Below, one piece after another: positions 18,476-27,330 of a DNA stretch of 37,888 bases. Source of the DNA: an uncultured euryarchaeote. GTDB taxonomy: Archaea; Thermoplasmatota; Poseidoniia; Poseidoniales; Poseidoniaceae. The notes below the pieces were generated by a model. It was not told the DNA's origin and made no database searches. It saw nothing but the letters and a program-made list of their open reading frames with translations. The number at the start of each line of letters is the position of its first letter. The first letter of the stretch is position 1. Position numbers and translations under genes: made by a program. The DNA lies in contig CALCOQ010000255.1 in NCBI GenBank assembly GCA_937897005.1, positions 1-37,888 of the forward strand. Reading direction: 5' to 3'.

Positions 18476-19492
18476 CTACTCTTCTCCGTCTGTTGTCAGG
18501 TCAATATATGGTATTTCAGCCTCAGAACCCACTTTCTCAAGCGTCAACAGGTCCTCAGCTTCTGCACCCGTCTCCTGTGGAAGAGATTCGTCCACTTCCG
18601 CCACAGAGTCCTCGAATTCCTCTAGAGCCGGAGCGGAGGCGAAGACTTCCTCGAATTCAACATCTTCAGCACTGACCGAATGAAAAATCACCGCTTCATC
18701 CTCTTCCTCAAAGACTTGATGCCTGACTTCCTTCTCAGGATCTGCTTCGATGAGAGCAGTGTCGATTCTTGCAAACGCTCTCTCTAATGCTGCGGCATTG
18801 TCCTCATGTAGTGCTTTGGAGGAGACGTCTACATCTCTCAATGCTCTCTCTATCGCTGCTGCAGCAGAACGCCTATCGAAATCAGGAAATTCATCCTTGC
18901 CTAAACCAACCAGTTTCTTCTTCATCTCAGCTATTCTGCTCTCTCTCTTCTCAATCTCAAGCCTCAATGCAGTCCTGCACTGATTCATATGTCGATTCCA
19001 TTCTTCTGAATGGGCCTTGGTATCCATACCTGTTACTCTTGCCCATTTCTTTCTTCTCATCGGCTCCCACAATGGACGCCCCATGGCAGAACAAAGGTCC
19101 AGAACCAGTCTACACCTCCTTTCTAATGGCCCCCTGATGATTATCTGATTGAGGAATGACGATGCTAACAATCCCAAACCCCAGTATGGCCTGCTCGCAA
19201 CTTCAACCCAAACAACCTCGTCCCCAAATTCAATTCTCCATCTCTGTTCATCAAAACCCGGTAACTCCACGATCCTTGGTGGAGCATGAGCGCCGAATAC
19301 TCGCATCAACATTGCCATGACATCTCCAAGGATGATCGAACCACTGGCTGAAGGATGGTTGGCTGGACGGAGAATGCCTGTTTCTCCATTCATTTCTATT
19401 CCAAATTCATCTTTGGCCTTTCTGACCTGTGCCCACAGTACAGTCTTCACTGCATCGAGTGTGGATGGAGGTGGAGTCTCGTCCTCTGGCAC
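18476..19492 (-). CDS. Hypothetical protein with helical middle and acidic C-tail
   Basis: 338-aa ORF with no competing long frame. Confidence 0.75.
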   Translation of the reverse strand: MPEDETPPPSTLDAVKTVLWAQVRKAKDEFGIEMNGETGILRPANHPSASGSIILGDVMAMLMRVFGAHAPPRIVELPGFDEQRWRIEFGDEVVWVEVASRPYWGLGLLASSFLNQIIIRGPLERRCRLVLDLCSAMGRPLWEPMRRKKWARVTGMDTKAHSEEWNRHMNQCRTALRLEIEKRESRIAEMKKKLVGLGKDEFPDFDRRSAAAAIERALRDVDVSSKALHEDNAAALERAFARIDTALIEADPEKEVRHQVFEEEDEAVIFHSVSAEDVEFEEVFASAPALEEFEDSVAEVDESLPQETGAEAEDLLTLEKVGSEAEIPYIDLTTDGEE

Positions 19493-19594
19493 ATCCTAAG
19501 GACACTGATGATATTCATCATGCTTGTGCCTAAAAATTTGATTCTTAGGGCCATATTCAAATCCGCGAACCTTCACGTCGCCTCCGGTGTGTTG

Positions 19595-20194
19595 ATGGCC
19601 AAGAAGAAATCTCCCGCAAAGAAGACTGGTGGAGCAAATAGGTCTGCAGCAGCGAAGAAAGCAGCGGAGACGCGCAAAAAGAATGCGGCTGCTAAGAAGA
19701 AAGCGGAAGAAGCAGCCGCTCGAAAGAGGAAGGCCACAGCGAAGAAAGCGGCAGAAACCAGACGAAGGAATGCTGCTGCCAAGAAGGCGGCGGCCGAAAA
19801 GAAGAAGGTGGCGGCGGCAAAGAAGGCGGCTGAAACATCCAAGAAAAGAGCGGCAGCGGTTGCGAAGAGGAAGAACGATGCAAAGAAAGCCGCGGCTACG
19901 GCTAGAGCAAAGAAGATTGCTACTACAACTCCAGCAATTCCCAAAGAAAAGAAAGAAACTCAAAAAAAGGCCGCAGCAAAGAAAACTCCAGCCAAGAAGA
20001 GTCCTGTAAGAAAGAAGGCAACTCCGAAAAAGGCTGCAGCAAAGAAAAGTCCTGCAAGAAAGAAGGCAACTCCGAAAAAGGCTGCAGCAAAGAAAACTCC
20101 AGCCAAGAAATCGGCTCCTGATGAGCGGGCGAAACTCAAGGGCCCCAGCGTCCAAGACATCATCGATCGTGCGAAGCTAAACAAAACAAATTGA
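19595..20194 (+). CDS. Lys/Ala-rich histone H1-like (Hc2/AlgP-like) protein
   Basis: 199 aa dominated by K/A/R with KKSPAKK, TPKK and TPAKK motifs. Confidence 0.8.
   Translation: MAKKKSPAKKTGGANRSAAAKKAAETRKKNAAAKKKAEEAAARKRKATAKKAAETRRRNAAAKKAAAEKKKVAAAKKAAETSKKRAAAVAKRKNDAKKAAATARAKKIATTTPAIPKEKKETQKKAAAKKTPAKKSPVRKKATPKKAAAKKSPARKKATPKKAAAKKTPAKKSAPDERAKLKGPSVQDIIDRAKLNKTN
20000..20095 (+). repeat. Tandem 48-bp coding repeat x2 (SP[V/A]RKKATPKKAAAKK)
   Basis: 20000-20047 and 20048-20095 differ at one base. Confidence 0.95.
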
Positions 20195-20236
20195 AGCGCA
20201 CGAATCCTTCATGGACCGTAGGTTCAATGCAAAGGT

Positions 20237-20419
20237 ATGCCAAGAAGGAAGTACGGCCGTTTAAGGAAGGTCGTTGAACTTCCACCAAAAGGGAATTGTT
20301 CACGCTGTAGAACCGGAAAGTTCTGCCCTATCACCGGTCACGTCGGCAATCAAGTCTCACCCTCAAGAAAATGGCAAGGCCCAGACAAATCAATCAAACA
20401 CATCAGGAAGAGGGATTGA
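20237..20419 (+). CDS. Small basic putative Zn-binding protein (CxxC-x5-C-x4-H)
   Basis: MPRRKYGRLRK...CSRCRTGKFCPITGH; TTCATG motif 23 nt upstream; 30-nt convergent overlap with xerA. Confidence 0.6.
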   Translation: MPRRKYGRLRKVVELPPKGNCSRCRTGKFCPITGHVGNQVSPSRKWQGPDKSIKHIRKRD

Positions 20420-21520
20420 ATCAGCCTCGATGATCGGAACTTCTTCCACGGGGTTCTCATCGGCTTCAAGTGCCTTCTTTTTCTCTTCAAGGGCATCTCG
20501 AAGTGTCTGTGCTCTCCTGTAGACTTCCCGCAAGGTCTGATCGCCAATCTCCAGATACACTCTGGTGGTTGAGATGTTGGCATGTCCCAGCAATCGCTGA
20601 ATCGAAACCAGATCCGCACCCCTCTCTAGTAATCCGGTAGCGAAATTGTGGCGTAACACATGCGGAGTCAGCCTCCCTCGAGGTAGACCTGCTTGCTTAC
20701 CCAGTACATTCATCAATTTCTGGATTGAACGTGGTGTCAGCCGACCTCCCCTGTTATTGAGAAGTAATGCGCTATCCTCGTGTTTGTTACGATCTTCTCT
20801 TGAGGGATTCCACAGATTGATCGCCCTGATCGTCTTATCAGTGAACAGGACCATTCTGTCTTTGTTACCTTTACCTCCAACAACGCGAGCACTGTAATCT
20901 TCAACATCGATATCATATTCATCAAGATTACACAATTCACTCACTCGCATCCCAGTATCCAACAAGATGGTGATGATGATGTTGGCAACTGGGTTCTCCC
21001 AGTTCGCTGCGGTTCGTAGAACAATCTCCAGTTCATTTCTGTTCAATGTGCGGGGTAGCCTCTTACCGCGGTGTGGACGACTGATGTGGTCTGGCATGCT
21101 ATGGCCAAGCCAACGCAATAAATGCCCCGCAGCAGCCAATCTGGCATGTACTGTAGACGGTTTCAATTGATTCAGGGATTGCTGCCAAAGTTCCAATCTA
21201 CCGGTATGAGTGGCGATTCGGATATGCAATTCCTCAACAGTGAGGGAAACCGCCTGGTCTCTAGACAAGATGATCTCGCCTGGTAAGGCAGTCTCTATCA
21301 AACGTCGAACCCCAATAAGATACGATTTGCTGGTGTTCTCACTCTTACCTTCTGTCTGAAGTTGTTGTTGCCAACATCCCAACCAAGGTAGTGAAGATAT
21401 TCGAGCCAAACGCTGTGGTAGATTTGGGGGAGGGGGGTCTTTCGATACCCCGTTATCCTTATCGGCATCCAAGAATGACTGGCGCCTCTCATCAAGGCCT
21501 CTGAATCCCCTATCGCGCAT
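20390..21520 (-). CDS. xerA: Tyrosine recombinase, XerA/XerC-like
   Basis: TGMRVSEL, GKGNKDR, PHVLRHNFAT, LLGHANISTTRVY (complete R-K-H-R-H-Y set); GGAGG SD; housekeeping context. Confidence 0.88.
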   Translation of the reverse strand: MRDRGFRGLDERRQSFLDADKDNGVSKDPPPPNLPQRLARISSLPWLGCWQQQLQTEGKSENTSKSYLIGVRRLIETALPGEIILSRDQAVSLTVEELHIRIATHTGRLELWQQSLNQLKPSTVHARLAAAGHLLRWLGHSMPDHISRPHRGKRLPRTLNRNELEIVLRTAANWENPVANIIITILLDTGMRVSELCNLDEYDIDVEDYSARVVGGKGNKDRMVLFTDKTIRAINLWNPSREDRNKHEDSALLLNNRGGRLTPRSIQKLMNVLGKQAGLPRGRLTPHVLRHNFATGLLERGADLVSIQRLLGHANISTTRVYLEIGDQTLREVYRRAQTLRDALEEKKKALEADENPVEEVPIIEADSIPLPDVFD

Positions 21521-21650
21521 ACTAACGCCTCCTTCAATCGCCGTAGCGAGTGCATCCCTACCCCCGGAGGGGTACTGCCCACCAAGGGTATCACATCAAG
21601 AAGCCTTCGTTGAATGCCGACTCCGGCAATCGAAAATCTGGAATCCTTCT

Positions 21651-22856
21651 TCAACCCAGACCCACTGAATCGAATTGGTCCTTGGTATCCAATGCTCTGG
21701 AGGACTGAATGCTGTTTGTGACTGTTTTCAACGCTGCTCTCAATATCTTGGTCTGACCATAGAAAATGACCACATCGTCATACCTCAATTGAGTATGTGG
21801 ATCTGGATTCCATACCAATTTATTATCTCTCGATAGAGCAAACACAGGAATGGCATCCTTCATGGTGGATGGAAATACCTCTTCAATCGTCTTTCCAATG
21901 AGTGGGAGATGGTTGCGTAGATGCAAGGAAAGCGCTCCTTGTCCAGGCTGGGTTCTCATCAACTGGGCCATATCAATATCAGCAAAATCGTGATCATCCA
22001 TGATGAATTCAATGATTTTCGCCGCTACATTCACCCCACTTGCTTTCTCAATACCCTCTAGACCTGGGGAGGAGTTGACTTCGAGTACAAGCGGGCCATC
22101 GGAGCCTTCGAGTAAATCCACTCCAGCGACTTTCAACCCCAATACTCTGGCTGCGCGTTTTGCAACCTCCTCATATTCCAATGGCAGGTCTATTGGCTCC
22201 ACTACCCCATTGAGATGGAAATTAGAACGAAATTCACGGCCGCGACTTCTGCGTCTCATGCTGGCGACAACCGTGTCACCCACCACCAATGCCCGAACAT
22301 CTGTACCGTGGCTCTCAGCGATATATTCCTGGATCAACACTGCTTTTCCAGTCAACAACAATGCTTCAACCAGATTCTTTGTCTCTCTGAAAGTATGGCG
22401 AAGAAATACACCATGCCCTTGAGTTCCTTGAGTCACTTTAACCACTACTGGTAGTCCACCTACATCATCAATGGCATTCTCAACATCCCTGAGATCTCTG
22501 ACATATGCGGTCTTTGGAATCTCGATCTTGTTCTTGGCCAGTAATTGGCTGGCTCGAAGTTTATCTCTGCTTTGAATGATTCCTGAACTTGAATTTGCAG
22601 TATATATTCCGAGTTGCTCGAACTGTCGCATCAATGCAACCCCATGATCAGTGATTGAATGGCCGATTCGCGGTAGCACTACATCATGCGAAAAATGCCT
22701 GCCTTTATGCAGAATCTGGACCTTGTCCTCAGCAATCATCAACGAGAATTGCAAAGGGTCAAGAACTTCGACATCACAATTCCGTTTTCTGGCTTCTTCA
22801 ACCAGTCTCCGGGTGCTGTAAAGGCGCGGACCGCGCGACAATATTGCAAGTCTCAT
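21651..22856 (-). CDS. rimK: RimK-family alpha-L-glutamate ligase (ATP-grasp) with C-terminal TrkA-C/RCK-C-like domain
   Basis: LYSTRRL, SRDKLR, GTQGHGV, IQEYI, FRSNFH, AGVDLL, EVNSSPGLEGIE; about 100-aa C-terminal extension. Confidence 0.9.
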   Translation of the reverse strand: MRLAILSRGPRLYSTRRLVEEARKRNCDVEVLDPLQFSLMIAEDKVQILHKGRHFSHDVVLPRIGHSITDHGVALMRQFEQLGIYTANSSSGIIQSRDKLRASQLLAKNKIEIPKTAYVRDLRDVENAIDDVGGLPVVVKVTQGTQGHGVFLRHTFRETKNLVEALLLTGKAVLIQEYIAESHGTDVRALVVGDTVVASMRRRSRGREFRSNFHLNGVVEPIDLPLEYEEVAKRAARVLGLKVAGVDLLEGSDGPLVLEVNSSPGLEGIEKASGVNVAAKIIEFIMDDHDFADIDMAQLMRTQPGQGALSLHLRNHLPLIGKTIEEVFPSTMKDAIPVFALSRDNKLVWNPDPHTQLRYDDVVIFYGQTKILRAALKTVTNSIQSSRALDTKDQFDSVGLG

Positions 22857-22977
22857 CGAAGTAAACCGTACACCCCTCCCATTTCAAATCAATCCAACAA
22901 TATTGTCATTTGTCTTGAAAAGTCATGAGATTGGATTATACGTGCCTTTCAAGATGAAGTCTGTGCTCCGAGGGGCC

Positions 22978-24048
22978 ATGCCGCCCGCTTGGGGACCATC
23001 AGATGGGCCAGGAGGGCCTCCTCCAGGTACACGCCCGGGGATGACTGGCCCCGGAGGACCTCCTCCAGGTTCAGCCATGAATCAAGACGACCAAGGCTCA
23101 GAGATGGGTATCGAGAATTTGCGTTCCACGGTCAAGAAGGCACGATGGAATGTATTCATGTATCTTGGAATTGCAGCGATGATGTTCGCATTTGCATTGA
23201 TTCCACTGCCCGTTCCTGCTCCTTGGGATGATGAAACAGAATTGACTGACGATGTTTCAGGAGGGGAATTGCAGCAAGAATTACCATATCTGTTCGGAAT
23301 GCCGGTTGATGGGAGAGATGCTACTGATGTGAGATTGGTGCTTGAAGTAGTGCCAAAGGATGGAGGCACCTTCCATGTACATGTGATTGAAGCACACTGT
23401 GGAACCAACACTATCACAAATGAACTGATTGAATTTGAAACCGCGATTGCAAAAAATGAATCATTTGACAGCACCCACCGACTCTATGTTGATTCTATTC
23501 CTGCTAAGAGCTATGAAATGGAATTCAAACTCGACCCTGGTGGATATTGCCTCGTGGTAGAATACGAACACCCTGTCGGCCATTCTTTGGGATCATTGGA
23601 AGTCACTGCTTCGGTCTACGGCTTGAGAGAGATAGGTGGTGGGCTGGGTGGAATCGCATTGCTTTGGGCCACTTTCGGATTCATCGGTGCTCAACGGAAA
23701 GGCAAGATACTGAAAGAAAAGACCTCGGTTCATCGCGGTTCGATGAGTGTTGAAGAGGAAGTCATGGAGGAGACTACTCAAGCCATCATCACTGCTGGCC
23801 CAGGGAGTCCTCCAACAGAAGACCTGCCGATGGAGAGTGCGTATGCCGCTCAACCAGCGCAGCAGCCAGCACCAGCGCAGCAGCCAGCACCAGTACAACA
23901 GATGCCACCTGCCTACGCTCCGGTGAGCACACTGAACTACATTGAATCTGGAGATGGATACCACTACATCCTGAGGGATGACAACTCCTTTGATCCTCAA
24001 CCTTACATCAAGCAATCAGATGGCACTTACGTGCCATTCTCAGGTTGA
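22978..24048 (+). CDS. Hypothetical two-TM membrane protein with Pro-rich termini
   Basis: GPGGPPPG repeats, two TMs around an acidic domain, QPA-rich tail, aromatic C-terminal motif. Confidence 0.8.
   Translation: MPPAWGPSDGPGGPPPGTRPGMTGPGGPPPGSAMNQDDQGSEMGIENLRSTVKKARWNVFMYLGIAAMMFAFALIPLPVPAPWDDETELTDDVSGGELQQELPYLFGMPVDGRDATDVRLVLEVVPKDGGTFHVHVIEAHCGTNTITNELIEFETAIAKNESFDSTHRLYVDSIPAKSYEMEFKLDPGGYCLVVEYEHPVGHSLGSLEVTASVYGLREIGGGLGGIALLWATFGFIGAQRKGKILKEKTSVHRGSMSVEEEVMEETTQAIITAGPGSPPTEDLPMESAYAAQPAQQPAPAQQPAPVQQMPPAYAPVSTLNYIESGDGYHYILRDDNSFDPQPYIKQSDGTYVPFSG
23854..23889 (+). repeat. Tandem 18-bp coding repeat x2 (PAQQPA)
   Basis: ccagcgcagcagccagca repeated exactly twice. Confidence 0.9.
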
Positions 24049-24143
24049 GTTCGTGAATCGGCTATCCAACCCCCCTGTTGCTTGTTCTTATTGGGCGAGC
24101 CTTCAAAGGGTCCCAGCGGCGCCTGATTATCACAGGTCAGAAG

Positions 24144-26288
24144 ATGACAGCCAACTCGACATTGACCGTTGCCGCCCTGAAGGCGCTATGTAGGGAGAAG
24201 GAATTATCCCTAGCGGGAAGAAAGGCCGAACTTGTGAATCGGTTGTTGAAATATGGAGCGAGTAGAGAAGAGATCGGACTTCAACCATTGAGTGAAGAAA
24301 CTCTTGAAGAAGATGACATCGTTGAGGATGAAGAAGGATTGTTACTCCTTGAAGACGATGAGGATGTTGCTGTTGAGGCAGAATCCGAGACAGAAGAGGA
24401 TGAAGAGGTTCTCGAAGCAGAAGTGTTTGAAGCGGAAATGATTGATGATGACGTGATTGAAGCAGATGTGATAACTGCCGATGTCAAGGAAAAGGTTCGA
24501 GAAGATTCAGCGGACCGCACCACCGTCTCCAGTGCCCGCAGTAGATTCGTTTCGGATGGGCCCGTGTTTGATTGGAAGAAGAGTGGGGCTCTGGTGTTGA
24601 CTCTCGTGCTTCTCGGTGCGGGAGCATGGTGGTGGTTCAGCCTTGAGGCTGAGCCCTTCACTCCAGATCCTCTACGTCATGGAGATAGAATGGAATTCGC
24701 GGTAACGGGAGGAGGGCTCGTGGCAACCGAGGATTACGCTTCCAAGGTCTTCGAATGGTTCGGTTCAGAAGATGACGTGTGTGCATTGAATGTGGTATTC
24801 TCAGGCAGTGGTAGTATTGCAGTGACTGAAGGAGGTGCTGCTGATATCTCTGGAGAAATGAATGATGACAGATTAGGTTCAGTCAGTCAGGTTGGAGAAA
24901 ATGGATATTCCTGGCTGACTATGGAAAAGGAGTTACTGTATGATTTTGATGATGTACAGATTTCTCAAAGTGAAAAATCAAGTCAACTTGGATGTCTGGA
25001 GATGCCTTCCGTCAATGCCCGTATGGGAATTGATTGGACAGAATGGGTCGAGCTCAGCAGTGAGAAAAGTATTCGCTCTGAATTTGGCTACGAGTTGACA
25101 CACCCGGATGGGCATCTGCAGGGGGACTTCACAACCTTCGGGTTGAGCGGTTTCTTGGATTCATTGGATTCGGTTGGACTTGGTGCTTCGATGACCTTTG
25201 CACCATTACAGATCCATGAAGTGCTAGGGAACACGATGATTGATGAAAATGCAGCAGGAAATGTTTCAGGCTGGTCCTGGCAAGTGACTGGAAGTGAAGA
25301 GTTCGGCGAAGAGACAGCATGGAAGATACTCTTCAGGAACAAGGATCTAGAGGATAATTGCTTAGGCCATGCAACCATACATATCCTTGCAACACCATCC
25401 TCTCCTTGGGCGATCAGTCAATCCACAGACCTGTTGATAACTGGAGAAGATTCGAGTGATTGTGGGACATTGCAAGAGATATTGGGCGACTATGCGATGC
25501 CTGATGGAAGATTGGAGATGAAGATGACGATAGAGAAGACCAACATCAAACGCGGGGAACATCTAGTTGATCTAGGATACTCGTATGATTCCAAACCGGA
25601 TATCTCTTCCACAAGGCCCCCGTCTTCAGAGATGCTGGATTGGCATCTTGACAGGCATATGCCCGATGTATCCAGCAAACGCAGTCACACTCTTGAGATG
25701 GCTGTCAGTTGTGTTGGAAATGCCTCGAGCGGAGGTAACGAGGCTGAAGTCGCTCTACGAGACTATGATGCATACATCTGGAGAGCACGCGATAATCGCT
25801 CAGATGAGGGAGTGACAGAATGGAATCTCAGTTGGTTGGCAAGTGATGACACCAGTGGATGGGTGAAATTCGATGTCTCCGGAACTGGCGGAAGTGAAGG
25901 AAATTGCACATATATCGATTCAGGGGCATATGATGAGGAAGCACCTGATCATAACCGAGATGCCATTCCCGAGACTCCATCTCTAGGTTGGATGGAGACT
26001 GCAAGATGGTTGAATGGTGAGACCTTTCCAGAATTCAGTGGCGCCACAGGAATGGCTGCCATCAACGGTGAATGGAGGAGCGACATGAGACTCGGGGTGT
26101 TGGTAGCAACAACAGGTATTGAATTGCCCTCATCACTTGATTTCCTGCCGCTTAATGATGCGGGCAGAGTGACGATTGATGGAGTCAGGACCTGGGAAGA
26201 AGGAGATTGGTCCCACACCTTCTCATTCGTAGCAGATGCCAGCGATGGTGGAATGGTTGGCTGGTCTCATATACGTTCCAGTGACTGA
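24144..26288 (+). CDS. SAP-domain single-pass membrane protein with large ectodomain
   Basis: LTVAALKALCREKELSLAGRKAELVNRL fits the SAP consensus; D/E-rich linker; TM GALVLTLVLLGAGAWWWF; about 540-aa C-terminal domain. Confidence 0.85.
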   Translation: MTANSTLTVAALKALCREKELSLAGRKAELVNRLLKYGASREEIGLQPLSEETLEEDDIVEDEEGLLLLEDDEDVAVEAESETEEDEEVLEAEVFEAEMIDDDVIEADVITADVKEKVREDSADRTTVSSARSRFVSDGPVFDWKKSGALVLTLVLLGAGAWWWFSLEAEPFTPDPLRHGDRMEFAVTGGGLVATEDYASKVFEWFGSEDDVCALNVVFSGSGSIAVTEGGAADISGEMNDDRLGSVSQVGENGYSWLTMEKELLYDFDDVQISQSEKSSQLGCLEMPSVNARMGIDWTEWVELSSEKSIRSEFGYELTHPDGHLQGDFTTFGLSGFLDSLDSVGLGASMTFAPLQIHEVLGNTMIDENAAGNVSGWSWQVTGSEEFGEETAWKILFRNKDLEDNCLGHATIHILATPSSPWAISQSTDLLITGEDSSDCGTLQEILGDYAMPDGRLEMKMTIEKTNIKRGEHLVDLGYSYDSKPDISSTRPPSSEMLDWHLDRHMPDVSSKRSHTLEMAVSCVGNASSGGNEAEVALRDYDAYIWRARDNRSDEGVTEWNLSWLASDDTSGWVKFDVSGTGGSEGNCTYIDSGAYDEEAPDHNRDAIPETPSLGWMETARWLNGETFPEFSGATGMAAINGEWRSDMRLGVLVATTGIELPSSLDFLPLNDAGRVTIDGVRTWEEGDWSHTFSFVADASDGGMVGWSHIRSSD

Positions 26289-26297
26289 GGGGTATGA

Positions 26298-26687
26298 ATG
26301 GCGAGAAAACTAGGGCGCGGTCTGGATGACCTGCTTGATGACAATGATGTCGACCTGCCATTCCTTTCAGCTTATGGAGAAGCATCAGGAGAGCATATCG
26401 AGGGTTCTCTGATTGCTACCGACCCACAAGAACTCCATGATGCAATGATGAGACACATGGATGGCAATATTCCAGAAGAATTCAAAATTGAGGTTGCCGA
26501 AGACGGAGTACTCCTTGATGTGAGTGGAGAGAATTCCTTGCCACTGGTGCCTTCAGATCTAGCGATGCCGGGATTCGAGAATGGGATGTTGTCCGATGAC
26601 AGAAGATCTGCCAACGTATTGATCACGGCTTGGGGTATCGAAGTCCGCAGGTTGTTGGACCGACTGTCAGAACACGCTTCACTTTGA
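26298..26687 (+). CDS. Small acidic protein with ParB-like N-terminal LGRGL peptide
   Basis: Begins MARKLGRGLDDLL; 9 nt after the upstream stop with GAGGGG SD. Confidence 0.8.
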   Translation: MARKLGRGLDDLLDDNDVDLPFLSAYGEASGEHIEGSLIATDPQELHDAMMRHMDGNIPEEFKIEVAEDGVLLDVSGENSLPLVPSDLAMPGFENGMLSDDRRSANVLITAWGIEVRRLLDRLSEHASL

Positions 26688-27281
26688 ATCACGAGGCACG
26701 ACTGCTGCTGCGATGATCATTGCTCCACCAGCCAGCATACTGATGGCTGGAAGAAAACTGGATTCATCGTCATCATTCGAAGATCCGTCATTCTCATCAT
26801 TCGATGGCCCATCAGGACAATCCTTGCCCCCCCACTCATCGGAATCGATATCATACCAGCATGAACTCCAAGCCTTGGCATATCCGCTTGGCGGATATTC
26901 TTCAGATTCTCCATCATCATAATCCAATGCAACTCTCCAATTCACATATGCATGGTCATCGATCGTGACCCAAGAAGTAGACCATGTTTGATTGTCGAAT
27001 GATGGTTCCGCGTCAACCCACTCTGGTGCATAACACACCCCTTCGTTAGTGCACATCTGCTTGAGGATACGAACGCTGGTGTTATTATTTGCAGCGGACT
27101 CTTCAAGAGAAATTGAAATACTCCACGTCGATTCATCTGCAACTTCTTTCGAATGACTGATGTTTGAGATTGGAGAAAATTCGAGTTCCGGTTCAACATC
27201 AACTCCTCCGGCGGCAGACACAGTGCTGCTGAAACACAGTACCAACAATGTGCTGAGCAACACCACGACGGGCTTCGACAT
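26679..27281 (-). CDS. Secreted protein with C-terminal sorting/anchor segment
   Basis: Signal peptide ending VSA-A, four Cys, D/S linker, FLPAISMLAGGAMIIAAAVVPRDSK tail. Confidence 0.8.
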   Translation of the reverse strand: MSKPVVVLLSTLLVLCFSSTVSAAGGVDVEPELEFSPISNISHSKEVADESTWSISISLEESAANNNTSVRILKQMCTNEGVCYAPEWVDAEPSFDNQTWSTSWVTIDDHAYVNWRVALDYDDGESEEYPPSGYAKAWSSCWYDIDSDEWGGKDCPDGPSNDENDGSSNDDDESSFLPAISMLAGGAMIIAAAVVPRDSK

Positions 27282-27330
27282 GAACACCCGGGGAACATCA
27301 TGGGTTTTCAATCAAACGCTGATAGGATTT

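Noticed and set aside
19496..20184. Antisense and alternate-frame ORFs (Ala/Phe-, Cys/Leu- or Arg-rich)
   Set aside because: Shadows of the low-complexity Lys/Ala gene.
20390..21520. Tyrosine recombinase as integrase of a provirus or island
   Set aside because: No att duplication of the tRNA 3' end noticed, no viral or plasmid genes, housekeeping neighbours; fits chromosomal XerA.
21298..21654. 118-aa ORF bridging rimK and xerA
   Set aside because: Overlaps xerA out of frame by over 200 nt, has no motif, and xerA has its own SD-led start.
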